A stretch of 64,000 bases of DNA, from contig AP039694.1 in NCBI GenBank assembly GCA_051599415.1, forward strand, positions 62,001 to 126,000, given 5' to 3'. The stretch comes from Savitreella phatthalungensis. Its lineage: Eukaryota. Each line of letters begins with the position of its first letter. Positions within the stretch are counted from its first letter, which is position 1. The notes under the pieces were generated by a model. That model ran no database searches, was not told the DNA's origin, and was given only the letters and a program-made list of their open reading frames with translations. Below are positions 44,251-54,748 of the stretch, one piece after another. The position numbers and the translations under genes are program-made.

Positions 44251-44763
44251 CGAACGTCTCGCTCACCCGACTGGGAACCGTTGAAAGCCCGTCGTTCGCA
44301 GACTATGGTGGACAATGCAAGGATTGGAGTTGTGAAGCGGCTCGCCCCGTGTATCTTCGGCACCCGAGTGGCGAGGTAGCCGGAGTCTTTTAGCAGGTCG
44401 CAATGAGTAGGTCGCCGCGGGTTCTGATTGTCAGTATCCCAGACTCACCAAAGATTACGTTGCGTGTTAGCTGACTGCTGATGTTTTCTCAATCTCCGGG
44501 CGCGAGTAAACCTAGCTATTTAGAGGTTTCAGCGCCGTCTGCCCTGAATAGAAAATGCTCACACGTGCTCGGTCAGTATAATGCTCGTGACATAGGTAAA
44601 TTCAGCTGCTAACTCAAGGTTCCTGAAACAGTACAGACCTGCGAATCATTCGGTGCGCGCGATCTCGAAGCCTTCGCCCCCGGAAGCGACTCTCGCCTCG
44701 TGCTCCAGATCCTGATCAGGGGTCCCCAAGTGCTACTCAAATCACCCTGCTAGATCGACCGAC

Positions 44764-47241
44764 ATGGACAGAGGGGCGTCTCTGCGCGGTAGCGGCGCGA
44801 AAGGACGTGGCGGTCACGGGAATCGCTCGCGGAAACCGTTCGCTAATTTGTCTCAAGACCAAATGCATAATGCGAAGCTCGAGAGATTTTACGCCGGTCA
44901 AGGGCTCTTGAGCGATGCGGAGCTGACAGAACACTTCGATAGCCTGCGGAAAACGCTGCCAGTGACATTTCGAATCACAGGTAGTAGGATCAAGGCCAAT
45001 AGCACCAGGGACTATGCGCGCTCTTGTTTCATCTCGAAGCTAGACAACCTGGAGTTCGAAGGGGAGCAGCTTGAGCCTCCGCAGGTCATTCCGTGGTATC
45101 CGAGAGAACTCGCGTATAAGTTGAATGTGACCAAAAGCGCATTGCGCAAAGTTCCAGAATTCAAGCAATTTCACACGTTCATTGTCAACGAGGTTGAAGC
45201 TGGAAACATTGTCAGGCAAGAAGCGGTCTCAATGATCCCGCCGCTTTTCATGGATATCAAGCCGCATCATGCATGCCTCGACATGTGCGCGGCGCCTGGC
45301 AGCAAAACATCGCAAATCGTTGAGTACCTACATGCGGATGTCAGTAATCCTACTGGCTTGGTCGTCGCCAACGACAGTAACTTTCAACGCGCATACATGC
45401 TCGTGCATCAGGTCAAGCGCCTCAATTCGCCGAACTTCGTCGTCACCAACCACGATGCCACTTATATCAACAACTTCCATCTCGACAAGGGGAAGAAACA
45501 GGTCCTTAAGTTCGATCGCATCCTTGCCGATGTGCCTTGCTCAGGCGACGGCACACTGCGTAAAAACGTTAATTTGTGGCGGGACTGGACGCCCGGCTCG
45601 GGCTTGGCACTGCATGCCACACAGGTGAGCTGTCTCAGACGAGGCTTGCAGATGCTGAAGGTCGGAGGTCGACTGGTCTATTCTACCTGTTCTCTGAATC
45701 CAATCGAGGACGAGGCTGTGCTTGCTGCTGTACTCGACCAATGGCATGGCTGCGCTCATCTCGTCGACGTGTCCGCGCAGTATCCAGATTTAAAGAGGAG
45801 GCCCGGCGTCCTTCATTGGAAGGTGTCGGACTGGGATGGTACATGGGTGTCAACCCTCGATGAAGTACGCGAGCAGAAACGCGCCAAATTCCCTATCACC
45901 GCTTTTGCGCCTACAGAGGATCGTGCTCGCGAACTTCATCTTGACAGAGCTATGCGAGTCTATCCACACCTCGACGATACCGGAGGCTTCTTCATTGCGG
46001 TGATCGAGAAAACCCAAGAGTTCTCGGGCTCCTCGTCTGCGATTCGTGCTGGCTCAAGCGCCAAGCGAAGCACCAGCGATCCATTATCACAGTGCGAAAT
46101 CGCGAGTCATTCTGACAGCGTGAAAAAGCCTAAAATCACGCACTCAGGCGCCACTCAAGTAATCGCGAAGCGCGATCCTGCGGACAGCGAGTCGACGACA
46201 CCGATGACCGACGCATGGTTGCCGCAGTCAATCGAGACGCAATGCAATGCCGAAGAATTGGGGGATGTTGAAACAAGCGACCACGCTGCGTCGAATCAAG
46301 CTGGATACATCGAAAAGCCGACTTTACACAAGCCAAATACGAACGTCTCTGCCCAAGCGCCTCTTGCGCAATCAGTTAATGTTGACACGAGCAACTCCGG
46401 TCTGTCAGCGGACAACTCACTTGGGAAGGCCGGGAGATCACTCAATGATGAATACTTCATCTACCTCGCAAGAGATAGCCCTGCAGTCGCATCAGCCATC
46501 AGATATTATAATTTCGCTGACGAGGTCAATCCTTCCTGTTTCTTGACGCGAAATGCAACGGGTGAGGCTGTGCGCTCCATCTATTATACATCGCCGCTGC
46601 TCAAGCAGGTGCTCGAGGCCAATCACGACCGCATGCGCTTTGTCTCCGCTGGACTTCGCTGCTTGGCGAAACAGAATTTGTGGCACGGCGATGCGAAAGC
46701 TGCAGAGCACGATGCATCTCTCGAATTGTGCGAATGGCGAATAACCAACGAAGCCGTCAGTGTACTCAGCCATGGCATCAGCAGTGCTCGACGCGTTGTG
46801 TGCGACTTTGATGAGCTCGACATCCTTCTCTCCGTCGAATTCCCCAAAACTGAGCGTTTTCCTCGCGATGAGTCGGTCGACGGCTCCTTACGTCAACAAT
46901 TGCACGATCGCATGATCGGCTGCTACATCGTCACCTGTGATCTCCGCAATGATGACCGCGCAGTCTGCAAAGAGGTGATTGAGCTGCCATTGTGGAAGTC
47001 AGTGGCCTCCATCCAAGTGATGTTGGCCAAGAAAGAAAAGATCGCCCTCTACTCGCGCGTCACAGGCAAACTTCTCCCGCCGAGTGAGAAAGAGATTGCA
47101 GGTCAGCGGAAGACTCAAGCCCGGCGAGATCCAACTGACGAGCGCTCTAGTACTGTCCACGAGGTGATTGATGCTGGTCACAAATCAAAGTCACAAGCGC
47201 AGCAGACAGAGTCCAGGAAGTCGCCGCCATTGTGTTCGTAG
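44764..47241 (+). CDS. NCL1: tRNA m5C methyltransferase Ncl1/Trm4 (NSUN2)
   Basis: RQEAVSMIPP, LDMCAAPGSKT, FDRILADVPCSGDGT.RKN, VYSTCSLNP.EDE, TGGFF. Confidence 0.95.
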   Translation: MDRGASLRGSGAKGRGGHGNRSRKPFANLSQDQMHNAKLERFYAGQGLLSDAELTEHFDSLRKTLPVTFRITGSRIKANSTRDYARSCFISKLDNLEFEGEQLEPPQVIPWYPRELAYKLNVTKSALRKVPEFKQFHTFIVNEVEAGNIVRQEAVSMIPPLFMDIKPHHACLDMCAAPGSKTSQIVEYLHADVSNPTGLVVANDSNFQRAYMLVHQVKRLNSPNFVVTNHDATYINNFHLDKGKKQVLKFDRILADVPCSGDGTLRKNVNLWRDWTPGSGLALHATQVSCLRRGLQMLKVGGRLVYSTCSLNPIEDEAVLAAVLDQWHGCAHLVDVSAQYPDLKRRPGVLHWKVSDWDGTWVSTLDEVREQKRAKFPITAFAPTEDRARELHLDRAMRVYPHLDDTGGFFIAVIEKTQEFSGSSSAIRAGSSAKRSTSDPLSQCEIASHSDSVKKPKITHSGATQVIAKRDPADSESTTPMTDAWLPQSIETQCNAEELGDVETSDHAASNQAGYIEKPTLHKPNTNVSAQAPLAQSVNVDTSNSGLSADNSLGKAGRSLNDEYFIYLARDSPAVASAIRYYNFADEVNPSCFLTRNATGEAVRSIYYTSPLLKQVLEANHDRMRFVSAGLRCLAKQNLWHGDAKAAEHDASLELCEWRITNEAVSVLSHGISSARRVVCDFDELDILLSVEFPKTERFPRDESVDGSLRQQLHDRMIGCYIVTCDLRNDDRAVCKEVIELPLWKSVASIQVMLAKKEKIALYSRVTGKLLPPSEKEIAGQRKTQARRDPTDERSSTVHEVIDAGHKSKSQAQQTESRKSPPLCS

Positions 47242-48254
47242 AGAGCTCCGGGCTGTGCTGGATCTCAAGATGGTGGCGTACGTATTGCTACCGGCTCACA
47301 GTCAGACGAAAGCCTGAGGAAGACTATATCTGGCCAGCACACCTTGTCCGAAAATGTGTAGCTTGGTGGTCATTGTCAAGTATCGCGCGAGTGCGCCTAG
47401 ATACATCTACATTCCTGATCGATGACTGACCGACCCGAACGACCTCGCGGCTCGATGCGCCGGGTTTACGGCACACAGAGGATGTTTCGCTGATTGCAAA
47501 AGCGTAACTCCTATGAGAGGCACGCTGAAAGACATATTTTCTCTGCGGAACTCTACCAGCAACACTGCAGATTGAGTCATGACGCCCTGATCGTGATGAC
47601 TCAACATCAATGGTTTGCTCTCAAGCTCCCTTGAATTCGATTGTGGATCAGAGAACGAATTTGTCGATGAAAGCTTACTGTGCGATAGCTATATACTAGA
47701 GACCAAATATTATAGGAAACAAATTGTTTGTTCATCTTTGGCGACCAGTCTTTTTGTGAACGCTCCACCTGGTACGTACGTACGTGCGTGTCCTGGTATA
47801 ATTTCCGCGGCGTCGCCTCCAACAAGACTCTTGCATAGGCTTTCGCCAAGACTCAGACGACTTTCAAGCCAGAGTGCTCATCGTGAGCGTATTGACAATA
47901 CCTGAAAGCCTCCTCCTGTCCTCGGATTCGTTGACCGAAAATGGTGACCGCCTGCGCGTGTCGTTTCGTCATCAAAAGTACAGAACTGTCTCCAGACTAA
48001 TCTGTCTCGAGCCCGATTTTGTTCTGCATTTCCGACACAGTTGCGGTCAAGCTGGAAGTAATTGAGTCGTGCAACTTTCAGCATGCACGACAAGCTGCCT
48101 AGCCAGCTCTCCAGATTCAGCCTTTGCAAGATCAATAGAAGGATCAAATCGGTTGCGGTTGACTTGTACGCTGTGACAGAAGAAGACTAACGTGATCTCA
48201 AGGAAACCGGTCAGCGCGCTGATCGGTTTGGCAGATGTTTGCCGAGCTATTCTG

Positions 48255-50906
48255 ATGCTGCTAGATGGGACGCTACGATCCCTATGGCTAGCGAGTCTTC
48301 ACGCCGTCGGAATACTCCTATTCTGTCGAGGCTTCCTCTTGACACGATCGGTGCTCGACAATATTGCTCAGCTACCCCAAGAAGATAGACTGACTCCAAC
48401 ATTCGACAAGGTCGTCATTCTTGTCATCGATGCGCTAAGGTACGATTTCGTATCGGAGCAAGTCAACGCAACCGCTGTGTATCATAACCGCCTCAAGAGC
48501 GTGCAGCAATTGGTGACGGCTGACCCAGGCCGTAGCTTCCTGACACGCTTCATCGCAGATCCTCCGACCACTACACTGCAAAGGCTCAAAGGTCTTACAA
48601 CAGGTTCTCTGCCGACGTTCGTGGATGCCGGAAGTAATTTCGCAGGGACAGCGATAGCAGAGGACAATTGGCTGCTCCAATCGCGCTTGGCCGGTAAGCG
48701 CATCGCGTTCACTGGAGATGATACGTGGCAAGCTTTGTTTCCAGATACATTCGAACCAGAGTTCAATGCGCCATATGAAAGCTTCAACGTTTGGGATCTC
48801 GATACCTTGGATCGAGGCGTGGAAGCGCATTTGTTCGATTGGCTCGACGTTGGTAAGCGGAACTCATGGGACATCCTAATTGCTCACGCTCTTGGCGTCG
48901 ATCATGCAGGCCACCGCTACGGCACAAATCATGTAGAGCTTCAGCGAAAGCTTGATGAAATGGATCAGTGGATCCGCAGACTCGTTGGGCAGATCTCTGA
49001 CATGCGCGAAGACGTCCTCTTGATCGTCATGGGCGACCACGGCATGAATGCACAAGGCGATCATGGCGGCGACTCGGATCTCGAGGTCGACGCTGCACTG
49101 TGGATGTATAGCAGCAAAGGAAAGATCTTCGGCGGAACTTCCAAAGACAGTGTACGGCAGATCGACCTTGTGCCAACCCTTTCCGGGCTGCTTGGTCTGC
49201 CGACTCCGTTCAACAGTCTCGGATCTCCTATCGAGCAGGCTTTCTCTGTGCACTACTTGGAACAGTTGCGCAAGACAAGCAGACAGATTCAGCGCTACGC
49301 TGCTTTGTACGGCGAACAGTCTGACGAGATTGGCCGCGAAGTCCGTGCCCTACCACGACCGGTAGATACCAGTAAAGGGCATGAAAAATACCAGCGCGAT
49401 GTACTCAATATCTTCGCAAGGCGCTGGGCTCAATATGATCTGACACCGATGATGCAGGGTCTTTACGTCCTGCTCATGTCAGCATTACTCGACCTTCAGC
49501 AGATTCGCCGGCAATCGAGGAAAATTGTTGAGCTACTGATCCTGCTGGTCAATATCGGAACATGCGTATCTCTGACGGTGATCGAAGCGCCCATCATCAG
49601 AGACTATGCACCGAGTATTTGCCTTTCGTGTGTCACAGCACAACTATCGCAATGCGTCGTCCGATCCTCGCTCCGTCTTCCAGATATTCAGGCACTTCCG
49701 ACATTGCTGTTCCTTGGTCACTGCCTCATGTTCACTTCGAATTCGTTCATCATCCACGAAGATCGCATTGTATTGGGCTTACTACAATTGGGCCTTTCGT
49801 TGAGAGCCATCGACTCCCTCAATCACAGCAAGGCGGTACACGCTATTTGTTTACTCATCGTTGGTCTCATCGGACGTATCACCGCCTCCTTCAGACTATG
49901 TCGAGAGGAACAGATCAACCGATGTGTCTCAAACTGGTCAATGTCCGGCTCTGTCTTGCAGCAGACGATCGTCATCGCAATTCTTCTTACCATCGTCACA
50001 GTCTGCCTACCGAAAGCCAGTAACATCGTCTTCACATTTCTTGGCAACCGCCCGTCTACATCGACCGTGGCACTCAAAATCATCATGCATGTGCAGCTCC
50101 TTGGGATAACGGTGCTCTGGACGCTCGATTCGCTCGACTATCTACCCATCGCTCGCATCATCTGCGCGTGGAGCGTCGTCATCGTGGGCCTGGGTTGGGC
50201 ACTTGCCTGGACTTGGTTCGCTTCTTTCACTGCTTCGGAGCTCACGAGTGACGGGAAGGGTGCGACGCTCGGCTCGGAACACGTTGCGCGGTCTTTGTAC
50301 GTCCAATTAGTGCTCGGCATGGCAGGACTTGTATTGTTGGCTGCTAAGCCCTTGGGCGTCGTGTCGCTAGCTCTGATGCTCACACAGCTCCTGTTGCTAA
50401 TTGTTGCGAAGGATTCTTGCGAAACGAGCACGATGACGGTCATTCTCTCGTTACTCTGCCACCTTCACTTCTTCTCCACCGGCCATCAGATGACGTTGTC
50501 GAGCATTCAATGGGACACGGCATTCCTTCTTTCTCGCGAGATTACAGCTTTATCGCCCATGCTAGTCTGCTTGAATGCGTTTGGCGCGTTCATTCTCTGC
50601 ACGATGCTCTTTCCAGCCATCGTCCGGGACAAGGATCGTGGACATGTCGCTGCTGGCCCTAGCGTCCGGTCTCATTGCTCAGTCTCATCACTTGCGGCAA
50701 TCCTAACATTTTGCTCGGCCTCGATGTGTACCCACTTTCGTCGCCACTTGATGGTTTGGAAAATTTTTGCACCACGTTTCATGTGCGCTGCCTTCGCCAC
50801 GCTCGTCACAGATGCAGTGTCTATCCTTGTAGGGCTACCTTTGCAGCTATCTATTGGTCTGCGCTTCGGGCGACCCAAGCGCGTTCTTAGCCAACATGAA
50901 GACTAG
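48255..50906 (+). CDS. GPI13: GPI ethanolamine-phosphate transferase 3 (PIG-O)
   Basis: GFLLTR, IDALRYDF, ADPPTTTLQRLKGLTTGSLPTF, GVDHAGH, GDHGG, RRHLMVWKIFAPRF, multi-TM C-terminus. Start uncertain. Confidence 0.93.
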   Translation: MLLDGTLRSLWLASLHAVGILLFCRGFLLTRSVLDNIAQLPQEDRLTPTFDKVVILVIDALRYDFVSEQVNATAVYHNRLKSVQQLVTADPGRSFLTRFIADPPTTTLQRLKGLTTGSLPTFVDAGSNFAGTAIAEDNWLLQSRLAGKRIAFTGDDTWQALFPDTFEPEFNAPYESFNVWDLDTLDRGVEAHLFDWLDVGKRNSWDILIAHALGVDHAGHRYGTNHVELQRKLDEMDQWIRRLVGQISDMREDVLLIVMGDHGMNAQGDHGGDSDLEVDAALWMYSSKGKIFGGTSKDSVRQIDLVPTLSGLLGLPTPFNSLGSPIEQAFSVHYLEQLRKTSRQIQRYAALYGEQSDEIGREVRALPRPVDTSKGHEKYQRDVLNIFARRWAQYDLTPMMQGLYVLLMSALLDLQQIRRQSRKIVELLILLVNIGTCVSLTVIEAPIIRDYAPSICLSCVTAQLSQCVVRSSLRLPDIQALPTLLFLGHCLMFTSNSFIIHEDRIVLGLLQLGLSLRAIDSLNHSKAVHAICLLIVGLIGRITASFRLCREEQINRCVSNWSMSGSVLQQTIVIAILLTIVTVCLPKASNIVFTFLGNRPSTSTVALKIIMHVQLLGITVLWTLDSLDYLPIARIICAWSVVIVGLGWALAWTWFASFTASELTSDGKGATLGSEHVARSLYVQLVLGMAGLVLLAAKPLGVVSLALMLTQLLLLIVAKDSCETSTMTVILSLLCHLHFFSTGHQMTLSSIQWDTAFLLSREITALSPMLVCLNAFGAFILCTMLFPAIVRDKDRGHVAAGPSVRSHCSVSSLAAILTFCSASMCTHFRRHLMVWKIFAPRFMCAAFATLVTDAVSILVGLPLQLSIGLRFGRPKRVLSQHED

Positions 50907-51322
50907 AACAGATCCAAAACAAGGAACTCTGAAGGCCAATCTGAACCGCTTCGATATGTCAGACCCACGAGCTGGCATAACACGAGACGCGACACTGTAA
51001 GCGGCGATTTTCCTTTCTTGCAGGTCAGGATCTTTGCTCGCTTCCCAGCTCTTATAAGCAGCTTCAATCCTAGATATGCTTCTTCATATCGAGCTCGGCA
51101 AATCGCGTACGTACGTACAAAATTAATTTTATCTACGTACGTGATTGTACTGTTCACATGAAATGCACTGCATCGCACATGTATTGCATGCACACAATGC
51201 TGCTGCTTTATTTGGTTTCTCATCAAATGCAATGCATGATGTGCTAACCGGGACATACTTCTCTAGCCACGCAGGGAAACGAGCAGGATGACACCTTGTT
51301 CACTCTTGTCCGCCGGAAAAAT

Positions 51323-52168
51323 ATGCTGAAGGCACGATGCAGCGGACAATCACTCCGAGGTCTTGCGGCTTGCTGCTATACGTGCAGATCGCTGACAACC
51401 AGCGCGATAAATTGGTCTGGACACAACAAGTGGTCTAAGATACGACACAAAAAAAGCGTGTTAGATGCTTCACGCGGTAATCTTTTTTCCCGCTTAGCCA
51501 ACGACATCTCCCTTGCTGCTAAGTCCGGCTCTACAACAAGTACTGGAGGTATTGATGGTGCCATAGCGGCAGATAATGTAAGATTGGCCGTGGCCATCGC
51601 CGCCGCTAAGCGACAAGATATGCCGAAAGCAAATATTGAGGCCGCCATCAAACGTGGAACCGGGACATCAAAGGAAGGTCTCATGCTCGAACACGTTACT
51701 TACGAAGCCATGATAGGCACTGTGGGACTAATCATCGAGTGCCTGACTGACAAGCGTACGCGTACGGTTGCCAATGTGAAGACCATATTGAAAAAGTATG
51801 GAGCCAACATGGCCCCAAGCCTGTTCATGTTCGAGCGCAAGGGGCAAATTGTTTTATGTTCTCCCTCGGGCTTTGATACCGTCTTTGGTGCGGCTCTCGA
51901 AGCGGGTGCTGAAGAGGTGGAAGAGTCGACACAGGGCCTCACTGTCGAGTACGAAATATTGACAAGTGCGACTGAGCTTGGGACAGTCGTTGAAGCTGTC
52001 TCGAAGCTAGGCGATGTCACGAAAGCCGAGCTGTCTTACGTTCCCGTCGCGGATGCGGCGTTGGACCTCAACTCAGCGCCGGGTGAGCTCGCTACAAACC
52101 TTAGGTCGTTAGTCGATACACTTGAAGATGCTACTGACGTCGTCAAGGTGACAGTGAGCACAGTGTAA
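51323..52168 (+). CDS. YebC/PmpR/TACO1-family mitochondrial translation factor
   Basis: Presequence followed by SGHNKWSKIRHKK, MPKANIE.AIKRG, YE...ECLTD, FERKG. Confidence 0.9.
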   Translation: MLKARCSGQSLRGLAACCYTCRSLTTSAINWSGHNKWSKIRHKKSVLDASRGNLFSRLANDISLAAKSGSTTSTGGIDGAIAADNVRLAVAIAAAKRQDMPKANIEAAIKRGTGTSKEGLMLEHVTYEAMIGTVGLIIECLTDKRTRTVANVKTILKKYGANMAPSLFMFERKGQIVLCSPSGFDTVFGAALEAGAEEVEESTQGLTVEYEILTSATELGTVVEAVSKLGDVTKAELSYVPVADAALDLNSAPGELATNLRSLVDTLEDATDVVKVTVSTV

Positions 52169-52206
52169 GACTAGCCTACTTCTCGAGATAAATTGCCGAT
52201 GGCCTT

Positions 52207-52983
52207 TCACCTGTTATCGCCACGAGCTCCATCACGCATGATGTCATCCGATTTCGGACGATGATCAATGGCTTCAGCTCGAGCTTTTGCATTTTCGAAC
52301 ACCTCTTGCGGTGAGATGGGAAGTGTAGAATTGCGCTTTATGAGCTTTGCGCCAACGTTCCTGATGAGTGTGTCGACTGATTTCTTGATGCCAAGCTCTT
52401 CAGCTCGTAGGTAATTCTCCAGAGCGAGCTCCAGCTGTCCATCGCGTTCAAGAGCAAGACCATAATTGTAATGGATTTCCCCATCACCCGGCTTCAGCTC
52501 GCTTGCATGCCGCAGGTGGTCGATCGCGGATCCTAGACTTGGTTCGACAAGGAGATAATAATTAGCCATGTTGACGTGGCACGAGGATAGTGTTTCCAAG
52601 TCTCCTTCAGAGAGCTTGCTATTCTTCGCGTCTGGATTGTGACATTCCAATGCCCTCTTCCATTGCTCCACGGCTCTTTGCGGGCGCCGCTGTAGCCAGT
52701 CCACGACCCCAAGATTGTAATATGCATCCGCCCTATCGTCCGTCTCCTTCGTCAGCCTCTCGAAGAGCTCGCGAGCAGTGGACAGATCCTGCTGTGCGAG
52801 AGCGACGTGCGCCTGCGCAAGTAGCGAACGCCTTTGCAAGCTATGTGTGCGGCGACTGCACCCAAACATCCGCGCGGTGTTGGCGGTGAACGCCCTCCCG
52901 GCACCCGACGTCGCTTTCCCGATGAGCAGAGTGACGAACGACAATTTCTTCGGTGATATTCTGCTGGATGTTGACAGAAACAT
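52207..52983 (-). CDS. Tetratricopeptide-repeat protein
   Basis: TPR-like repeats ADAYYNLGV...A...W..AL and GEIHYNYGLALE..G...AL..Y..A. First ATG is at 52983. Confidence 0.75.
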   Translation of the reverse strand: MFLSTSSRISPKKLSFVTLLIGKATSGAGRAFTANTARMFGCSRRTHSLQRRSLLAQAHVALAQQDLSTARELFERLTKETDDRADAYYNLGVVDWLQRRPQRAVEQWKRALECHNPDAKNSKLSEGDLETLSSCHVNMANYYLLVEPSLGSAIDHLRHASELKPGDGEIHYNYGLALERDGQLELALENYLRAEELGIKKSVDTLIRNVGAKLIKRNSTLPISPQEVFENAKARAEAIDHRPKSDDIMRDGARGDNR

Positions 52984-53297
52984 CGCGAAAGCGCCTGTCC
53001 TTACCACCACCAAAATTTTCTCGGATGTCGCCTTAGATATGTGTCACACCTTCGTGACGTTGCGCAGCCGGTTCGAGGTCGACACGCACAGCTCAATGTT
53101 TGAATAGTCGAAGTCCAAGCAGAGATGTAAATAATTAATTACCACTCTGTCTACGTTTGACCCCGGAGCGTATCGGTCGAGGTAGTTGGCGGCGCCAGGG
53201 TGGCCAAAACACGGAACACGACAAATCTAGAGATATACATCGCGGATACGACAGCGAACCAACGGCACTGCATCCCGTGCGACACGGATTAAGCAAT

Positions 53298-54021
53298 ATG
53301 GTGAAATCCACATCGATCGCAAGGCAAGTCGAAGCGATGAGAAACTCGAAGGACTATCAGCAACTGACCGTATTGCAGGGTCTCCGACGGCCTTCCACTC
53401 GCCGCGACGGTGGACGATGAGCAAAGCGAGAACGCGCTCTTGACGCAGAAACAGCAGATCAAGCAGCTTTTTCGTAAATTACACAATGCCCCACCGGCTG
53501 AGGACGCGGTCTCGGTGGAGAGTGGCGCATACTTTCTGCATTACATTGTCGCGGACGGCGTCTGCTACCTTTGCATCGCTGACAAGACATATCCACGAAA
53601 GCTGGCCTTTTCATACTTGACAAGAGTTCGCGACGAATTCGGACCAAGCTACGGTGCAGAGGCTCGGAATCCACAACTTCGGCCGTACGCTTTCGTCGGC
53701 TTCCAGAAATATCTCGACCAGACGACGCGAGAGTATGCTGATTCGCGTAATGCCGGCTCACTTGCCAATGACAATCTCGGCAAGCTCAACGAAGACTTGA
53801 ACGACGTCACTCGCATAATGACGCGCAATATTGATGATCTGCTTTCACGAGGCGAGTCACTCGACCGGATGGGACAGCTCTCTTCCGCGCTGAAGGAAGA
53901 AAGCATCAAGTACAGGAAAGCTGCACGGAACGTAAACTTCAAGGCTATGTTGCGCGAGTATGGCCTTTATGCCGGGCTCGGCCTCTTTTTCTTGCTCATC
54001 ATCTACTGGCGATTGTCCTGA
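53298..54021 (+). CDS. SEC22: Longin R-SNARE Sec22; two exons with a GC-AG intron at 53324-53378
   Basis: The spliced product begins MVKSTSIARVSDGLPLAATVDDE and contains YPRKLAFSYL, RPYAF, IMTRNI.DLL.RGE.LD and a C-terminal TM helix. Confidence 0.93.
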
Positions 54022-54165
54022 GGGACACCCGCTTCAAAATCTAAAGAGTCGGCCGCAGTCTGGTCGCAACGATCGAGCAGGAGGTACATGAGCACAAAGA
54101 TAGAGATGATACAATGGCACGCGTGTCAACACAACGCTTTGGCCAATGCTGGCCTCTTGCCCGAA

Positions 54166-54639
54166 CTACTCCAGCTCCGGCACATCGATTGTGACCCGCG
54201 AATCTTCACCATATAATTCGATCCAGCGTTTGATGCCGCCGGTAAGCAGAGCAGATTGACCTGTGAAGCCTGATCCGAGATTCAGTCCATCGAGATGATC
54301 CTGATACCAAGCCGCGCATCGCCAGCCTCTGCCTCCAGAGGACGACGATGCGCAGTGGAAAATGACTGTCCTGTCTCCAAAAACTTTAGCCCAGGTCTCA
54401 ATGCCAAGATAGAAACTCTGGGCAGGGATGTTGATGGCTCCACGTACACATTTGGTTTCCGTGAAATCTGTCCTTCTGACATCGACAATCACAAACCCGG
54501 TATCCTCGTCATCGACGCTTTCCAAGATCATCTCGTATACTTGCTCAGCACTCACGAGTGCGGCACCCTGGGAAGGCTCAGGATACGCTCGTGCCCATGT
54601 GGGAACTGGTTTCCGCGCAGTGAGCGCTTCTGCAGACAT
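54166..54639 (-). CDS. Cdc25-like rhodanese-fold phosphatase/arsenate reductase (Ych1/Ibp1/Acr2 family)
   Basis: IVDVRRTDF, GAINIPAQS, VIFHC.SS...RG.RCAAW, LTGGIK.W. Confidence 0.8.
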   Translation of the reverse strand: MSAEALTARKPVPTWARAYPEPSQGAALVSAEQVYEMILESVDDEDTGFVIVDVRRTDFTETKCVRGAINIPAQSFYLGIETWAKVFGDRTVIFHCASSSSGGRGWRCAAWYQDHLDGLNLGSGFTGQSALLTGGIKRWIELYGEDSRVTIDVPELE

Positions 54640-54748
54640 TATGAGCACGGTCGGGTCCGCGTCTGTGCCGACTTGTGCGTCTCGGGATTAGATGATGTGG
54701 TTTCTTAGTTGCTTGCAAATGGGATTTGCATGTGATATAACTAAACTA

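Noticed and set aside
47572..47604. TTGAGTCAT...ATGACTCAA inverted pair (AP-1/Gcn4-like sites or hairpin)
   Set aside because: Short and far from a confident start site, so no function can be supported from sequence alone.
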